From contig JAHRHZ010000275.1 in assembly GCA_024137785.1 (NCBI GenBank), forward strand, positions 14,217,459 through 14,281,458: a stretch of DNA of 64,000 nt, in the 5' to 3' direction. Origin of the DNA: Ginglymostoma cirratum (taxonomy: Eukaryota). Under the pieces are notes generated by a model. It worked only from the letters and a program-made list of their open reading frames with translations, was not told the origin of the DNA and searched no databases. Positions within the stretch are counted from its first letter, which is position 1. The number at the start of each line of letters is the position of its first letter. Shown in pieces: positions 1-12,978 of the stretch. The translations under genes and the position numbers were made by a program.

Positions 1-58
1 ATCCAGCCCCATGCTTGTTATCTCGGATTCTCCAGCATCTGCAGTACCTTTGTTCTCT
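1..58 (+). mobile_element. 3' end of a PLE pseudo-LTR (family A), truncated by the window edge
   Basis: Near-identical to 9110-9167 and 22737-22760 (atccagccccatgcttgttatctcggattctccagcatc). Confidence 0.8.
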
Positions 59-899
59 TGTGATAAGCTCTGTCTTGTTTGCCACTTTACTCAACTGTCA
101 GCAGGGTCTAAAAACTGCTAGTGGGAGCAGTTAACTGACTTTTGTTATTCCTAAAATACAAACTTTTTTTTGTTTTTGCTTCATGATCTTCTGAACCAGA
201 TTCTTTCTCACTAATGACCTTATCCCTTACTTTTAGGGCTACTCCATCTCCTTTGCCATTCTGTCTGCTTTTCTGAAAAGTGTACCTCAGCATGTTTACT
301 TCGTAATCTTGGTCACCTTGCAGCTATGTCTCTCGTGATTAAATCTAAACACTCGAGGCGTGACCAACTTTAAATTCCACCTTTATTAAATAAGTTCTTT
401 TTGCTTTTGACCTTTCTGTGAGAAAGAGATCCTAGCATTCGTAGTGGTAACAAAAACTCATTTTAGAACTACAGGACTTACTGTGTTGATGAAGGGCTTT
501 CGCATCTGCAGTGGATACTGGAATAATGCTACTTCCATAGCAGCAAGGTACTAAAATTTCTCCATTTTTGTTTTGGTTCCCTGGCTCTGGGGATGCAGCA
601 ACAATAAAAATGTAATTGGTCATTATGGCAATTGTGGTTTTTAACATTACAAATACACGAGCAACATTTGTCTGCATTCTGCTTTGGGAAGTCAGTCAGT
701 CAGGTATTCCTGCCTGATTGACAGGTGCCCAGGAACTATCTGCTATCAGTCGTTATGGTCAGCTGTGTGGAAAATGCAGGTCTTGGGTATCTTGGTTACA
801 CTTAAGTACCATGAATTTGTGTTTTTTTTTCGTTGTTAGTGATTTTTAAATATTTAGAGCTGTCCTTCAGATGACTTGCAAATGTTACGAATTAGCATC

Positions 900-1700
900 A
901 CAGAAATCTGTTCGAGTGCAGCGAAGCAACGCAGGCAGGGATCGAAACACCATTCCAAGTAAAACTCTACCTCGCCCTCCCCGAAAACCAAAGGGAACTG
1001 TTAAAGGGGAGGGGGCAAATGCAAATATCTCTCAGACCCCGCTGCTCTTAACCACGCGAGGGCAGACCAGAATTGCGCGTTCCTTGTTCTCCAGCACTGC
1101 AGGAAATAATCTCCCTGTTCCCACTCACGAAACAAAAAATATTCTGGTAAATAACAGCAAGCTTTTTTCCTTCGAAAAGGCGTGAACACCGCGCGATCCT
1201 TTCTGACTGAACAACAAGGGGAGGGATGCCTCCTGATTAAATTCAGTGCTCCCTTGGGAAATGGAGTTGAAAGCGTTTGCTCCTACTGCACGCACAAAGC
1301 TGCGGGGGAAAAAAACTTCCAGAACGTGACCCTCTGTTCCATCCCCAACAGCATCTGACTGCTGCAGCAATGTTCGACCTATTCCTGTCACCAGAGCAAC
1401 GACTGCATCACAACTTTAAGCCGGTCTGATGTCCTGCAGACTGCTGAACAAAGACCCCAGCTCCAGTGGTGGGCTGCTTGTTCGGAAGCTGATCAGAGCA
1501 GGCTGCTGATTGGCTCATACGCTTGATTGAAAGTATCATGTGGAATGAGCGAGCGAGGGAACTCTCCAGTGAACTGATGGTCATTGTTGACTAAGATTTT
1601 TGTTTGCTTTTAAAAGTTGCAATGCGTCTTCGAGGAGCACCGAGAGCCAGATTTCTGCAGATCCTGGAGTCTGAGTGAGTGTGCCAGTTTAATAACTGTG
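900..1700. promoter_or_regulatory. Candidate CpG-retaining promoter/regulatory region upstream of the first recognisable coding exon
   Basis: No recognisable repeat; many intact CpGs (cgcgag, gcgcgt, ccgcgcg) against a CpG-depleted background; reverse CCAAT (ctgattggc) near 1506. Confidence 0.3.
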
Positions 1701-2714
1701 GTGAGGAACTGTACTCACTGAAGTGATACCAGACATGCAGGCCTCCCAGCGATAGATGACAAGGCTGAGAAACTCAATAGTGAATGTACCTTATTGTTTT
1801 GCTTTTGCAGTAGTTCTATAGTTGAGTACGTCTCAAAAAACTGAATCATCTAATCTTACATCAGAGGCCATTCAGCCTATCATCCTTGTTCCAACTCTTC
1901 AAAAATCCTATCCAATTGCACCCACTCCCTGCTGCTCACTCTTCACTGCCCTAGAAAGTTTTCCTCAAAGTATTTACTGTGACTACTTTTTTGTTCTGTA
2001 AAGATTGAACACACTTTTTGCCCTTTTTCTGGAAGTTGATTCTAATTCAGTTAAAAAAAAACGAACTGCCCTAGTCAGTTTTACACCTGTGCTGTTGTGT
2101 TGCTGGCTGTCCTGTCTGTGGATTCACTTCCTCATTACTTGCCAGAATATATCTTTATTTTTCCAGATTTTTTTAAACTTCCCTATATGATTTACTACAG
2201 CAACAGGAGTGCCCAAAAGGGTTTCTGAAATCCTTACTACTGGCTTTTAGTAAGCCTCCCCATACCTTGTTTTCACTGGAGTGCAGTGAGAGTGAGGGGA
2301 TTTTCGATCAGCTGCGTGTGCAGCTGATATTATTGTTGTTGGTGAGATTTCCTTGGGTAAGTTTTAAAGACTGAAAAACTGAGCACTGCCTTCTTATTTT
2401 TGAAGGGAGAAAGCATTTAAGTGAGGGAGAGGCTCTTGTGAAGTGGTAGTGCCCCCTACCTTCAGAACAGGAGGCCTGGTTCAAGTCTTAACTTGCTCCA
2501 GAGATATCTAATATACCTCTGAACAGGTTGAGTAGAAATTCCTTAGCGAGGGAACAGGAGATCATACACTGATCTCGCTCTCAGATTATGATGCCAAAAT
2601 GCTATAAGAATTACCTTTTGGCAATTTAGAAGCAGATATTTTTACTAAAAAAGTAACCAGTTTCTATGATGCCCTGATTCAAGGAGCACACACCTTGTAA
2701 GAAATTAACTATAC

Positions 2715-3085
2715 TGTCAGCCTTGGCTCGTTAGTTGTGTTTGTGCCTCTGGATCAGGTGGTTCTGTGTTCAAATACCACTCCAGCATGTTAACTATAAA
2801 ATTTAGGTTGATACTCCAGTGCAGACTGAATGCTGCTTTGTTAGAAGTGCTGTTTCTGAGATGAGTCATCAAATAGTGGTCCCATCTCCCCATTTAGGAT
2901 CGAAGTCTTTTTTTTTTTGGAGAGCAACTGAAGTTCTCCCTGGCATTCTGGCCAGAACTTATTCCTCCACCAAAATCTCTCAACTAGATGATCATTATTG
3001 CATTGTTTATGGGAGTTTGCTTTATGGAAATTGGCATTTATTTCACAAAAGTGACTTCTGATATCCTAAGGTGACAATAAAAATA
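2715..3085 (+). mobile_element. Degenerate Deu-domain SINE (SacSINE1/AmnSINE1-like)
   Basis: tRNA-like head, then gatactccagtgcag...gttctccctggcattctggcca...gggagtttgct resembling the Deu core; several related copies in the window. Confidence 0.6.
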
Positions 3086-3499
3086 AGTTTTTAAGATATG
3101 AGTACAAATAAAGCCTAGGAGAGGGTAGGCAAACCTTTGAGTTCTAAATGTTGTCAATTGGTGGTCATTTGATCATAAAACTTTTATTGTGCAACTTGAA
3201 CTTCTGGACATCATTTAAGGGCAAGATGAAGTGCTTCTCTGCAATTCATGTAAACAATAAAAAAAATTCTTCAATCAGAAAATGCCTGTGCTGGCTTTTG
3301 AAGTTGACCTTCTGTCTGATTTCTGCTGTACCTGCTAGTCAGCTGGCACTGCACTGCAGTGTTGTTGGTGTCTGCATTGCAGGGCTCTTCACACTCTGAC
3401 ACAGATAATGACCTGAAGAGTTTCAGAATGAGACTGCTAATGCAGTCATCTTTGCAGTTTTGAGCTTTATCTTCCATCTAAAAATCTATTTCATTTCTA

Positions 3500-4050
3500 A
3501 AGTCATAGATTCATAAAGCATGGAAACAAAACCTTCAGTCTAACTCGTCCATGCTGACCAGGCATCCCAATCTGACCTCGTCGCATTTGGCCCATGTCTT
3601 TTTAAAGCCTTCCTATTCATAAATCCATCCAGATGCCTTTTAAATGTTGAAATTGTACGTGCCTCCTCCACTTCGTCTGGCAGCCTGTTCACCACATGCA
3701 CTAGGCTCTGCATGGAAAAGTTGCCCCTCAGGTCCTGTTTTGTTTTAATTTTTATCACCTTAAACCTAATTCCTTCAGTTTCTGAAATCCCACCCTAGGA
3801 AAAAGACCTTGGCTATTCAGTCTATCCATGCCCCTCATGAATCATGATTTTATAAACCTCTGTAAAGGTATCCACTCGGCCGCCTCCAGGGGAAAATAGC
3901 CCCAGCCTGTTCAGCCTCTCCCTATAACCGAAACCCTCCAACCCTGGCAACGACCTTGTAAATCTTTTCTGCACCGTCTCAAGTTTAGCAACCTTCCTAT
4001 AGAAGGGCAACCACAATTGTACAGTGTTCCAAAGGTGGCCTCACCAGTGT
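3500..4050 (-). mobile_element. CR1 (HER1-like) LINE 3' fragment
   Basis: Minus-strand ORFs encode the CR1 ORF2 C-terminus (KLETVQKRFTRSLPGLEG..YRERLNRLGLFS; VNRLPDEVEEARTISTFKRHLD). Confidence 0.85.
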
Positions 4051-4547
4051 CAAACATTGCTCAAAACTGAAAGGGCCATTGTGAGATGATGTCATGTGTA
4101 TGTCTAATACGGTATGGCCATGAAAAGCAGCAATTTCTGGGCATTTCATGTTAAGATTTTTGTTTCTGTTTGTTTCCCATTTCTGACGTGGAGATTATAT
4201 GGATCCTATTGATTTCAATTGGAATAAGTGAAGTGCTGGGGAGGATAAAAATTCAGCAGGTCTGGCATTACCGAGGTGAATAATAGGAAATGGGGTAAAA
4301 TACAGAAGGGCGACTACTTTACTTTATCGAAGTCTTTGAGAATGCAAGAAACTTTTTAAAAAGATGCTCATTGTTGCAATATGAGAAAAAAAATGCTAAT
4401 ATTGAAAATGGATGTCCCCAGAGGAAATCAGTATTATTTTGCACCCTGGCCATCTCTTGCTGCCCATTTTTCACAGAAAAACCTTGTTGCACTTGAGTAG
4501 TTAGAAAAGTGCAGGGCTGATTGATCAACACGTGGAGAATTGTATGA

Positions 4548-4648
4548 ACCACAGCAAAGTTGCTGGAAAAGCTCAGCAGGTCTGGCAGCATCTGTGAAGG
4601 AAAAAACCGTTAACGTTTCGGGTCTGGTGACCCTTCCTCAGAACTGGA
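4548..4648 (-). mobile_element. PLE pseudo-LTR fragment (family B) with hammerhead-like core
   Basis: Reverse complement reads CTGAGGA-A-GGGTC-ACCA-GACCC-GAAACGTTA; homologous to 8580-8660 and 9620-9705. Confidence 0.7.
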
Positions 4649-5068
4649 GAATTGTAGACCCTGCAACAGAAAAGGCAGCTGTTCGGTCCATCATATCTGT
4701 GCTGTCTCAGTTATCCAATTAATGCCACTCCCTGCTCTTTTTGTTCATAGCACTCCAAACTTTCCTTTTATATGCTGTTCTCTTTTTGAAAAGTAGTTTT
4801 GATTTCACCGTTCCTTCAGGAAATCATAATTGGTTTTTTTAATCACCACTTCCCTTTGTTTTCCCTCTCCAAAACCTTATTTTACTGGAATAATGTACAA
4901 GTTTGCATAAAGCACTGGCAAATCTATTTGTGACTCTTAAGTACACCTTGTTTTAAACTGTTAAAATTGAATTATAAAATATCTGGCTTTAAAGTCTGTT
5001 TTGATCATTTTGAAGTTGTTGTCCAGCTATTTCCCAATGTTTCATTCTTCCTTGTTTTTCTTTTACAG

Positions 5069-5619
5069 ATGAGTACCATGTTCTTCCAGATGCCTTGCCA
5101 CCTGTTCGAGAGTCTCTGTCCCATAGAGCAACCTTGACCTCTCCTGTTGGTTTCCTGCATGGAGATAGTAGACGGTATGCTGGAATGAGGAGCATGGATT
5201 CGTCTGATTGCGATCGTCCAGTCAGCTACAGTTCTACATCTTCCTCTGCCTCATCTAGGGATAGCCACTGCTCCTTGAGCAGTGGGATGACTCTGGTCTC
5301 CAACAGCCACTTGAGCCTTGCTGGCCAAGAGAAGGAAGCAGGGGCCATCCGGTTGGAGTTGATCCCAGCAGGGCACTTGTCCAGCACCAACGATTGTGCA
5401 AAGATTAATTTGCCACGTATGAATTCTGGAGAGGTGGATGAGAAGAGGACCGGAGTCATTGGAATCAAAAGAGTCGACTCTAGGGGGTCCCACAAGAATC
5501 GTGCAATGTCACCAGGAGCAGCATCTGCAAGACCCGGGCTGCTTTATGTGGACAGAGTGGTGCAGGAAATCCTGGAGACTGAGCGGACCTATGTTGAAGA
5601 TCTGAGGAGCATTGTGAAG
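5069..5619 (+). CDS. PLEKHG1: PLEKHG1-like RhoGEF, first recognisable coding exon (N-terminus and start of DH domain)
   Basis: ttttacAG|AT acceptor, AAG|GTATTG donor; encodes DRPVSYSSTSSSASSRDSH...GAIRLELIPA...LLYVDRVVQEILETERTYVEDLRSIVK, matching recalled PLEKHG1; in-frame ATGs at 5185 and 5194. Paralog PLEKHG2 not strictly excluded. Confidence 0.9.
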
Positions 5620-5934
5620 GTATTGCTCATCTGTTGGATCACAGAGTTACTTTTGTCTTGTCCTAATGAGTTCTGATTCAAGCTTAGAAATTACAAGTAG
5701 CATTAATTATTACTTTGTGAAATATTGGTCTTATTTAAGAGATCCAGAATACGAATACGTGGAAGTTAGTTGTATAAAGTTCCAGTTAGACCATTGTTCT
5801 GAGCACCCTCACCGTTCATACAAAATGCAAGGAGAACTAATGGTGGTAAATGTAGAAGTGGAGGTGTAAATGATAGATGTGAAAATGAGAAAATAGGTCC
5901 ACTGTGCTTAGAGCAATGTGAACAAGACACGATA

Positions 5935-6260
5935 TGGCTTTTAGGGTAGTGGGAAGAGGTGGTGGAAGGAGAAGATGGAGGGTAGAGGTCATGCTCTGAA
6001 GTTATTAAATTCTATCCACATTGTGTCCTGAAGGCTATAAAGAATATAACTGGAAAATAGTGGTGTTTCTCCAGCCATGTGGAGCTTTGTCAGAACACTG
6101 CAGCATGCCCAGGACATAAATGTTAATATTGAGGCAAGATTGTTCATTGGAAATGACAAGCAACTGGAAGTTGGGGTCATTCTTGCAGACAGTGGAGGGG
6201 TTCTGCAAAGCAGACATTCGGGTAGTTTTGATGGTTTCTGATGAGGGAACATCGATTTTA
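5935..6260 (-). mobile_element. Old Neptune-type PLE remnant (GIY-YIG C-terminus)
   Basis: Minus ORF ends ...IEFNNFRA, the same terminus as the PLE fragment at 9168-9347. Confidence 0.65.
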
Positions 6261-8577
6261 TTTTTGTAATAGATTTGTATTGGATTGTTTTTACCAAATC
6301 GAGCCATAATGGTTTCCGTGGTTTCCTTTTTGTTCAGATCTGGCTGAGGTAGACATCTTGTTTATGCTTTACTTTTCTGTTCTGTTGGCTCGTCGTAATG
6401 TTCATACGATGCAAGGAATGTTACACTCGGGTGATGAGTTTGCTTTTGATCTCCTTAATTGCTGGAGATTACTGGAAGCAGCCAATGTGAACGTAGATGA
6501 TCAATAGCAGCCATTTTAAAATCTGGCAGTGTCAATTTTAAAATTTGTTTTCGCTGAAAACCATGCTAGGATCTCTTATGCTGCCCTGCTCACCCTCCCT
6601 GCTCAATAGTTGCTTTCTGTTCCTATTCTGCAAATCATGTAGACTTTAATTAAAACATGCTAAAATTATGAATTACATCATTGTGTAGGATCTTCAGAAA
6701 TCATATTAATGATGCTGCATGTAAAATATAAAACAACAAATTAGTTCGGTTTGACTTCTGTTGACCTGGTATTGTATCAGATCAGTCGCTCCATTGTTGT
6801 CTAACCTTCATTTAAACTGTTCCAAATAGTCAGAGTGGATTGTAGAAGCAAAACAGTCTACAATATGAATGATCAAGGCAATTATCTAATCTGCATAGTG
6901 ATATTGGAAATGTTGCTCACAAGATCTTGGAGTTTCCTGGGCTCTTTGCTTTTGAGGAAAGGATGTTGAGGCTGCTCTTTCTTTCTTCACAGAAAGCACT
7001 TTTCTCTTGCACTCCAGTGTCTCCTTTTTGTTGGCCCCTTTGTAGTTTGAATTGGTCTGATTTAACGATGGGACCTATCCATTATCTGAAAGAAAACTGG
7101 CATTACTTTTGGACCATTGCCTCAAGTCAGTCATGTTGAAAGACAGCATATGTTGAGTGTACCCAGAGTGTGGGGACTTTAAAGTGTTCATTGTTCATTG
7201 TGGAGAATATTCAAAGAATTTGTGGTGGGGATGTGGGGGATTGCTATTTGAGGATTATCTTTTTTAAGATTGTTGATAGTTGTTGTACAGTATAGAATGT
7301 GGCCAGTAAGTACGTTGTTCTTGTACCAGCTCTCTGTAAGAGCCCTCTCCAGACCTTTTTCTATTTGTGTATCTATAGGAATTCTTTTTTTGCTTAAATT
7401 TATTACTGAAGATGCTTTAACTATCCATTCGAGTAAAGCATTCCAGATCGTACTGGTACGTGGGCCAATTAATTTGATAAAGCAATGAAATTGTTATTTC
7501 CTTCATGAAAGCAATGATGTAATACTGTATCAATGACTTTGTCATGGTGTGGTACAACTAAGTCCTTTTTTATTTGTCATTATTGGCCACCTATCACAAT
7601 ATTCTCGTGTAATATTACTAGTTGATTCTCTTGGTACAGTAGTGCATTGTAAAACCAGGTCTTTAATGCAATACACAAGATTTTTTATTTTAGCTTTGAC
7701 TTGATCACTGATCAAATTCATGAGCATTTTTGAGCCGAAACAACATGTGTTCACAATATGCTGAAACGTTCCTTTGTAATTTAAGCTTTTTAAAGCGGTG
7801 TCCTCAATTATTTCATTAGCGTGTCTTCTAATTCAGATTCTTCTAATTCATGTTCTGCCCTAACTCTTTCTGTCTCTCCTTCCCCCACCCCCACCTCCTT
7901 GCCCCATGGCAGTAGTGGACTTATTAAAATGTACAGCTAAACTTGCTGGGCACCCACTAGGTGCTGTAACAACAACTCTAGATAAAATGATTCAAACTTC
8001 CCAATCTCAATTCATAAGACATCTATGCAAGTTTTGAATTTCATTATGAAAGTGAAGAGTGTTCATCCACAAACACAAATCCATGCCAAAACTGCAATAC
8101 ACAAGTGTCTTGAACGTTTGTACATGTGCAAGCCTTTAAGTCGGAGAGTGTTTTTTGCACACTTTAATGAGGATAAAACTGTTGTGATGAGGCTTGTAAT
8201 GCTACCTGCTTTTTATTTTTCTTGTGAGCTGGATTTTACTCCCTTGCCAGCTGATTTGAAGGTGTGATCATTCATAAAATCCAGCATGTCCTTGCTGCCT
8301 GCCTATCGTTATGAAATTCTGCCAGGGAGTTGGTAGGTGGAGTGGTTGGTGAAGGTGTTAGCCATCCACCCATGGATGGATTTGAGGCCCTTAAGTAGCC
8401 AATTGCAGGCTATTTCCTTCATACCTAGTGGTAAGACAGCACATCTTTTGATGTAAGGCTAGTGTCTAACAAGGAGGGGGTAGATTAGGAGCTACCTTTT
8501 GCTGGGTTCTGGCTCAGACACTGATCTTGCTCCTCTGTTTTCCGCTCCCCTCCCCTCCGCTCTGCTCCGCTCCACAA

Positions 8578-9755
8578 TAGCTCAGCAGGTCTGGCAGCAC
8601 CTGCAAAGGGAAACAGCAGAGTTAACATCCCCGGTCTGGTGACCCTTCCTCGGAACCGAAGGGAGCTGGGAAAACCTCCAGTTTATATGCAGAAAATAGG
8701 GAAGTGGGTAGGGTAGGGAGTAAATGATAGGACAGAGCCTAAAGAGAGAAGAACAGTTGCACAGACAAAAGGTGATAACGATCAGGCTGGGAGGGTGAAT
8801 CTGCAAGCCACACCCCCATCTCCTATCTACTAACATCATCCCGCCTCCTTGACCTGTCCGTCCTCCCTGGACTGACCTATCTCCTCCCTACCCGCCTACC
8901 TACACTCACCTTTACTGGCTCCATCCCCGCCTCTTCGACTTGTCTGCCTCCTCTCCACCTATCCTCTCCTCTATCCATTCTCTATCCGCCTCCCCCTCTC
9001 TCCCTATTTATTTCAGAACCCTCTTCCCCTCCCCCATTTCTGATGAAGGGTTTAGGCCCAAAACGTCAAGTTTTCCTGCTCCTATGATGCTGCTTGACCT
9101 GCTGTGCTCATCCAGCCCCATGCTTGTTATCTCGGATTCTCCAGCATCCGCAGTACCTTTTATCTCTGAACTACCTGTTGCCTGTCACTTTAACACACCA
9201 CCCTGTTCCCTGGCCAACATCTGTCTCTGGCTTGCTGCAGTGTTCCAGCGAAGCGCAATGAAAGCTGGAAGAGCAACACCTCATTTTCCGCTTGGGGACC
9301 CTGCAGCCCTCCAGTCTCTATATCGAGTTCAATAATTTTAGGGCCTAAACTCTCCCATGTCCCAGCCCCCTACCTCTCACACCAGGCCTTGGCAGGCCAT
9401 GTGGTAATATTACCCACCCCCTGTTGTTAGTCACTAATAGTCCCCATTAACAACTATTCGTCCTCCCAGTCAGATCGTTATCAACTCCTTTGTCTGTCCA
9501 ACTGTTCTTTCTTTTTAGGCTCTATCCTACTGGTTACTCCTCGTTTATTCCCTACCCCACCCCCCACTTCCCCCTTCCTATTTCCTGCATATAGACTGAC
9601 ATTTTCCCAGCTACCATCAGTTCTGAGGAAGGGTCACTGGACCCAAAATGTTAATTGTTTTTTCCTTCACAGATGCTGCCAGACCTGCTGAGCTTTTCCA
9701 GCAATTTTGTCTTTGTCTTTGTTTTTGTTCTTGATTTACAGCATCTGCAGTTTTT
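8578..9755 (+). mobile_element. Family B PLE: inverted pseudo-LTR (8578-8800), GIY-YIG C-terminus (9168-9347) and direct pseudo-LTR (to ~9755)
   Basis: ELPVACHFNTPPCSLANI...KLEEQHLIFRLGTLQP...IEFNNFRA; 8580-8800 is the approximate reverse complement of ~9465-9692. Confidence 0.8.
8801..9167 (+). mobile_element. Young family A PLE pseudo-LTR nested in the family B PLE
   Basis: About 6 differences over ~290 bp versus 22475-22760; hammerhead core has GAAA changed to AAAA at 9060. Confidence 0.85.
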
Positions 9756-10594
9756 ACACCCCACTTAAACTTGGTGTCTAAATGTTTTTTTAGGAATATC
9801 TAATCCTACGATAGGCCAGTGCTCCTGACACAACTGGGATTACAGCTAATGGCCATTCAATCAAGTGCACAATGTCCCATAAAATCCAGTACCACCCCCC
9901 CACTTCCCCCAAACCACCCTCAACCCTGTTCTTTTTATTTTCCGTGCTGTTGTTCACCACTTTGTCTTTCTTCACACACCTCTCACCACCTCTTGTTTAC
10001 CAACACCCAGCAAGCTGAGGAATGATTATAGTTGGCACCATGCAGTGGGGAGGTAGTTGAAAGGAACATTATCTGTTTTTAAATGATTTACTGGTTTTAC
10101 AGTCTACAAATCCTTTTTATATAGTCTGAGAATATTGGCACTGTTTCGCACAGGCTCCCTGTGGTGCCTCCAATTAGCAGAAGTAACATGGGCACCTGTT
10201 TGGATAAAGTTTTTTGTTTGTGGTCAGTGCAACAAGTGGTGACCTTTCAAAGAGCCCTTCGCTAGGCTGAAAGTCTCGTTTCATCCAGCCCTTTAATAGC
10301 TGGGATAGAGCACAGCAAGTTGCATAGAACAGTAAGCAGACTGACCCTCCAAGCTACCCAAACTATTAGCCTTTTTGGACAATGAAAGAATTCTTAACAA
10401 TTCAGTTGCTTTAGTTGTCCACTGTTTAGCACCATGCTGTATCAGGGAAATTTTGTTGGGGATTAACTTGATTTGTAGACTTAAATTTGACAGGTAGAAT
10501 ATCAAAATTTTACAGCACAGAATAAAATAATCACCTAATCCAGCTTTCTGAAAGACCTCTCCCATTTCCTGGCAATTCGTAGCTTTTTAGATAT

Positions 10595-10930
10595 CAGCCA
10601 TGGTACCATTCTTGGTCTCTGAGGCAGAAGGGCTTGGGTTCAGATCTCATGTCAGAGAAATGAATGTCCAATTTAGGCTGATGCTACAGTATGTAGTGAA
10701 CAGGACCGTCAGGTGCTGTCTTTTGAATGTGACAGTACATGTAGGACCTTTAGTATCATGGGGTTTCATTAAACCACCAAAGACCAGAAAATTCTCCCCA
10801 GTGTCATGCCAACATTTATCCTTTTATTCATGTTGGCAAATGAAATATTTGGGTCAGTATCGCAATTGTTTTTTCTTGAGGGCTTAATGTGTGCAGGAAT
10901 GCATGCTGTTTTCTCTACCTTTATGATAGT
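10595..10930 (+). mobile_element. Degenerate Deu-domain SINE
   Basis: Similar to 2715-3085 (gggttcagatc...taggctgatgctacagt...ttctccccagtgtcatgccaacatttatcc). Confidence 0.5.
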
Positions 10931-11269
10931 CTCTAGACGTTAAACTGGGTGAAGGATGATCTGATGTTGATTTTTCTTAAAGCTGTAAATGGATTCTGTT
11001 CACTCCACTGTATTGATTTTATGAATTTCCGATTCATTACAGCCAACCTCCCTTCCCCCATTCTGTTCTTTGCATCTTCAATTTCTATGGCAAACTGCAT
11101 TTCCACTGTAATTTCTGATGTAATTCTAATGAATCTACTTTGACCCCTTCAATTGCCCTCCTTAATAATGGGGTGTCTAGAATTACAGGTGATACTGCAA
11201 CTGAGGCCAATAACTTGTATACATTCAACATTTGCATCAGGGTATGAAACTAAAGTGTCTGCTGTGGCT

Positions 11270-11650
11270 TAGTCATAGCTTTGAAAATGGAGATAATCAT
11301 AGATTTGAACCCTAGAAACTTGAGTTTGTATTCCTCGCTGATACTGAAGGTGCAGCACTGTTGGAGATGTCGTATCGCCACCGCCACCGCCCTGCCTCCC
11401 TGCCCTGATTTGGTGGAATACAAGATCCTAGCGAACTATTCAAAGAAGAGCATGAGTTCTCTTTGGTTTCTTGGTCAGTATTTATTCCACACAACAAAAT
11501 CTGATCACTGCTGTTTGTGGGAACTTACTGTGTGCAAATTGACTGGCATGCTTTCTAAATATACCAGTAACCTGACTTTTCAAGTACTTTTTACTGATTT
11601 GAGGTATTTTCGGACATTTGAGTTTGTGAAAAGTGCTTTATAAATATAAA
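11270..11650 (+). mobile_element. Degenerate Deu-domain SINE
   Basis: atactgaaggtgcagcactgttggag...ctgtttgtgggaacttactgtgtgcaaattg...gtgaaaagtgctttataaat tail. Confidence 0.55.
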
Positions 11651-11943
11651 TTATGTAATTTCTTGACGCTCTAATACATGCCAGGAGGTGTATTTCCTAA
11701 TTGACTGAAGCACCACCTCAGTTTGCAGGTGCACCTGAAGTGAGCAGGGGCTACAACCACTGTCACAGAGATCACAATATAGACTAAGGGTGGATTCTGT
11801 TTTTTATCCCATACAGGCTTGCATCAGTGAAAAACTTTAGCAGAGAGGCAAACCGATCTGAAGTGTACACTTATGTCATTAGTTTGTTTTGTGCTATGGG
11901 TGATGCTGTGGTGGTTCTCTTATTCCAGCAACTGTAAGTTGTT

Positions 11944-12126
11944 GATAACAAGGTGTGGAGCTGGATGAACACAGCAGGCCAGGCAGCATCAGAGGAGCAG
12001 GAAAGCTGATGGTTTGGGTTGAAACATTAGCTTTCCTACTCCTCTGATGCTGCCTGGCCTACTGTGTTCATCCAGCTCTACACCTTGTTATCTCAGACTC
12101 CAGCATCGGCAGTTCTGACTATCTCT
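11944..12126. mobile_element. Fold-back mini-element of two inverted family A pseudo-LTR ends
   Basis: 11944-12015 is the near reverse complement of 12021-12092, followed by the pseudo-LTR tail. Confidence 0.85.
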
Positions 12127-12978
12127 TACAATTGCTGGAGTTTGTTTGATATTTGTTAGAACATAGTACATAAAGTTAAAATGAACCATGGACTCTTTAC
12201 TTGTTAAAATTACACACTTTTGGAGAAAAGGTATGAAGTGGTTGGTGATTAATTTCCAAGAGTGTTGAGTGGAGAGGAGAATAATTTGGCTATGATGATT
12301 TGGTCATTGTGATGTAGGGCAGGCTTAGTGCACCTGGGTGGACTTTCTCTTTGTCTTTCATTTTATAATGTATCCATCACTAATTTCAGTATACTGGATC
12401 AATAACAAATGCTATATGTTGTTGTGACTGCTGTGGTGCTGCTTATTACATAGGAGATCGATGTATCGAAGTATCAAGGCTGTCACAGCAGTGCCCTGAA
12501 GCTTTAAATACAGCATAATTAGTACAATGCCTCTCCTACTTGCTCAGTGCTAAGATATCATCTGGGGGCTTAGTTGGCTACACTCTTTGCTTTTGTCTGT
12601 TCTGCATAAGAAGTTAGGGGGTCATGTCTAACTTGAAAGACTTGAGCATAAGTCAAGCTGACAGACCAGTCTAATAAAAGTAAAATACTATGGAACCTGG
12701 AAATAAGGGTGGTGGTGGGGGGTAAAAATCAGTGCAGGAAAAGAGGAGAGGGAAAGTCAATATTTCAAGTGTAGTTGTCTCTTAGGAACTGAAGAGAAGT
12801 AGAAAGTTATAAAAAAAAAAAAAAAAAAATCATTAATGTTAATTCTGTTTCTATCTCCAGTTCTGCTGAACTTTTCTGATACTCCTGTGTAATATTGAGG
12901 GAGTGCTGTGCTGTTTAAGCTACAGCCTGTCTGATGATAAAATGTAGCCAGGATCTTTTTTTTTTTTTTTTGTTTGAT

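Noticed and set aside
8940-9335. MSASSPPILSSIH ORFs (also 22567-22935) as a small gene family
   Set aside because: They are translations of two copies of the same PLE pseudo-LTR
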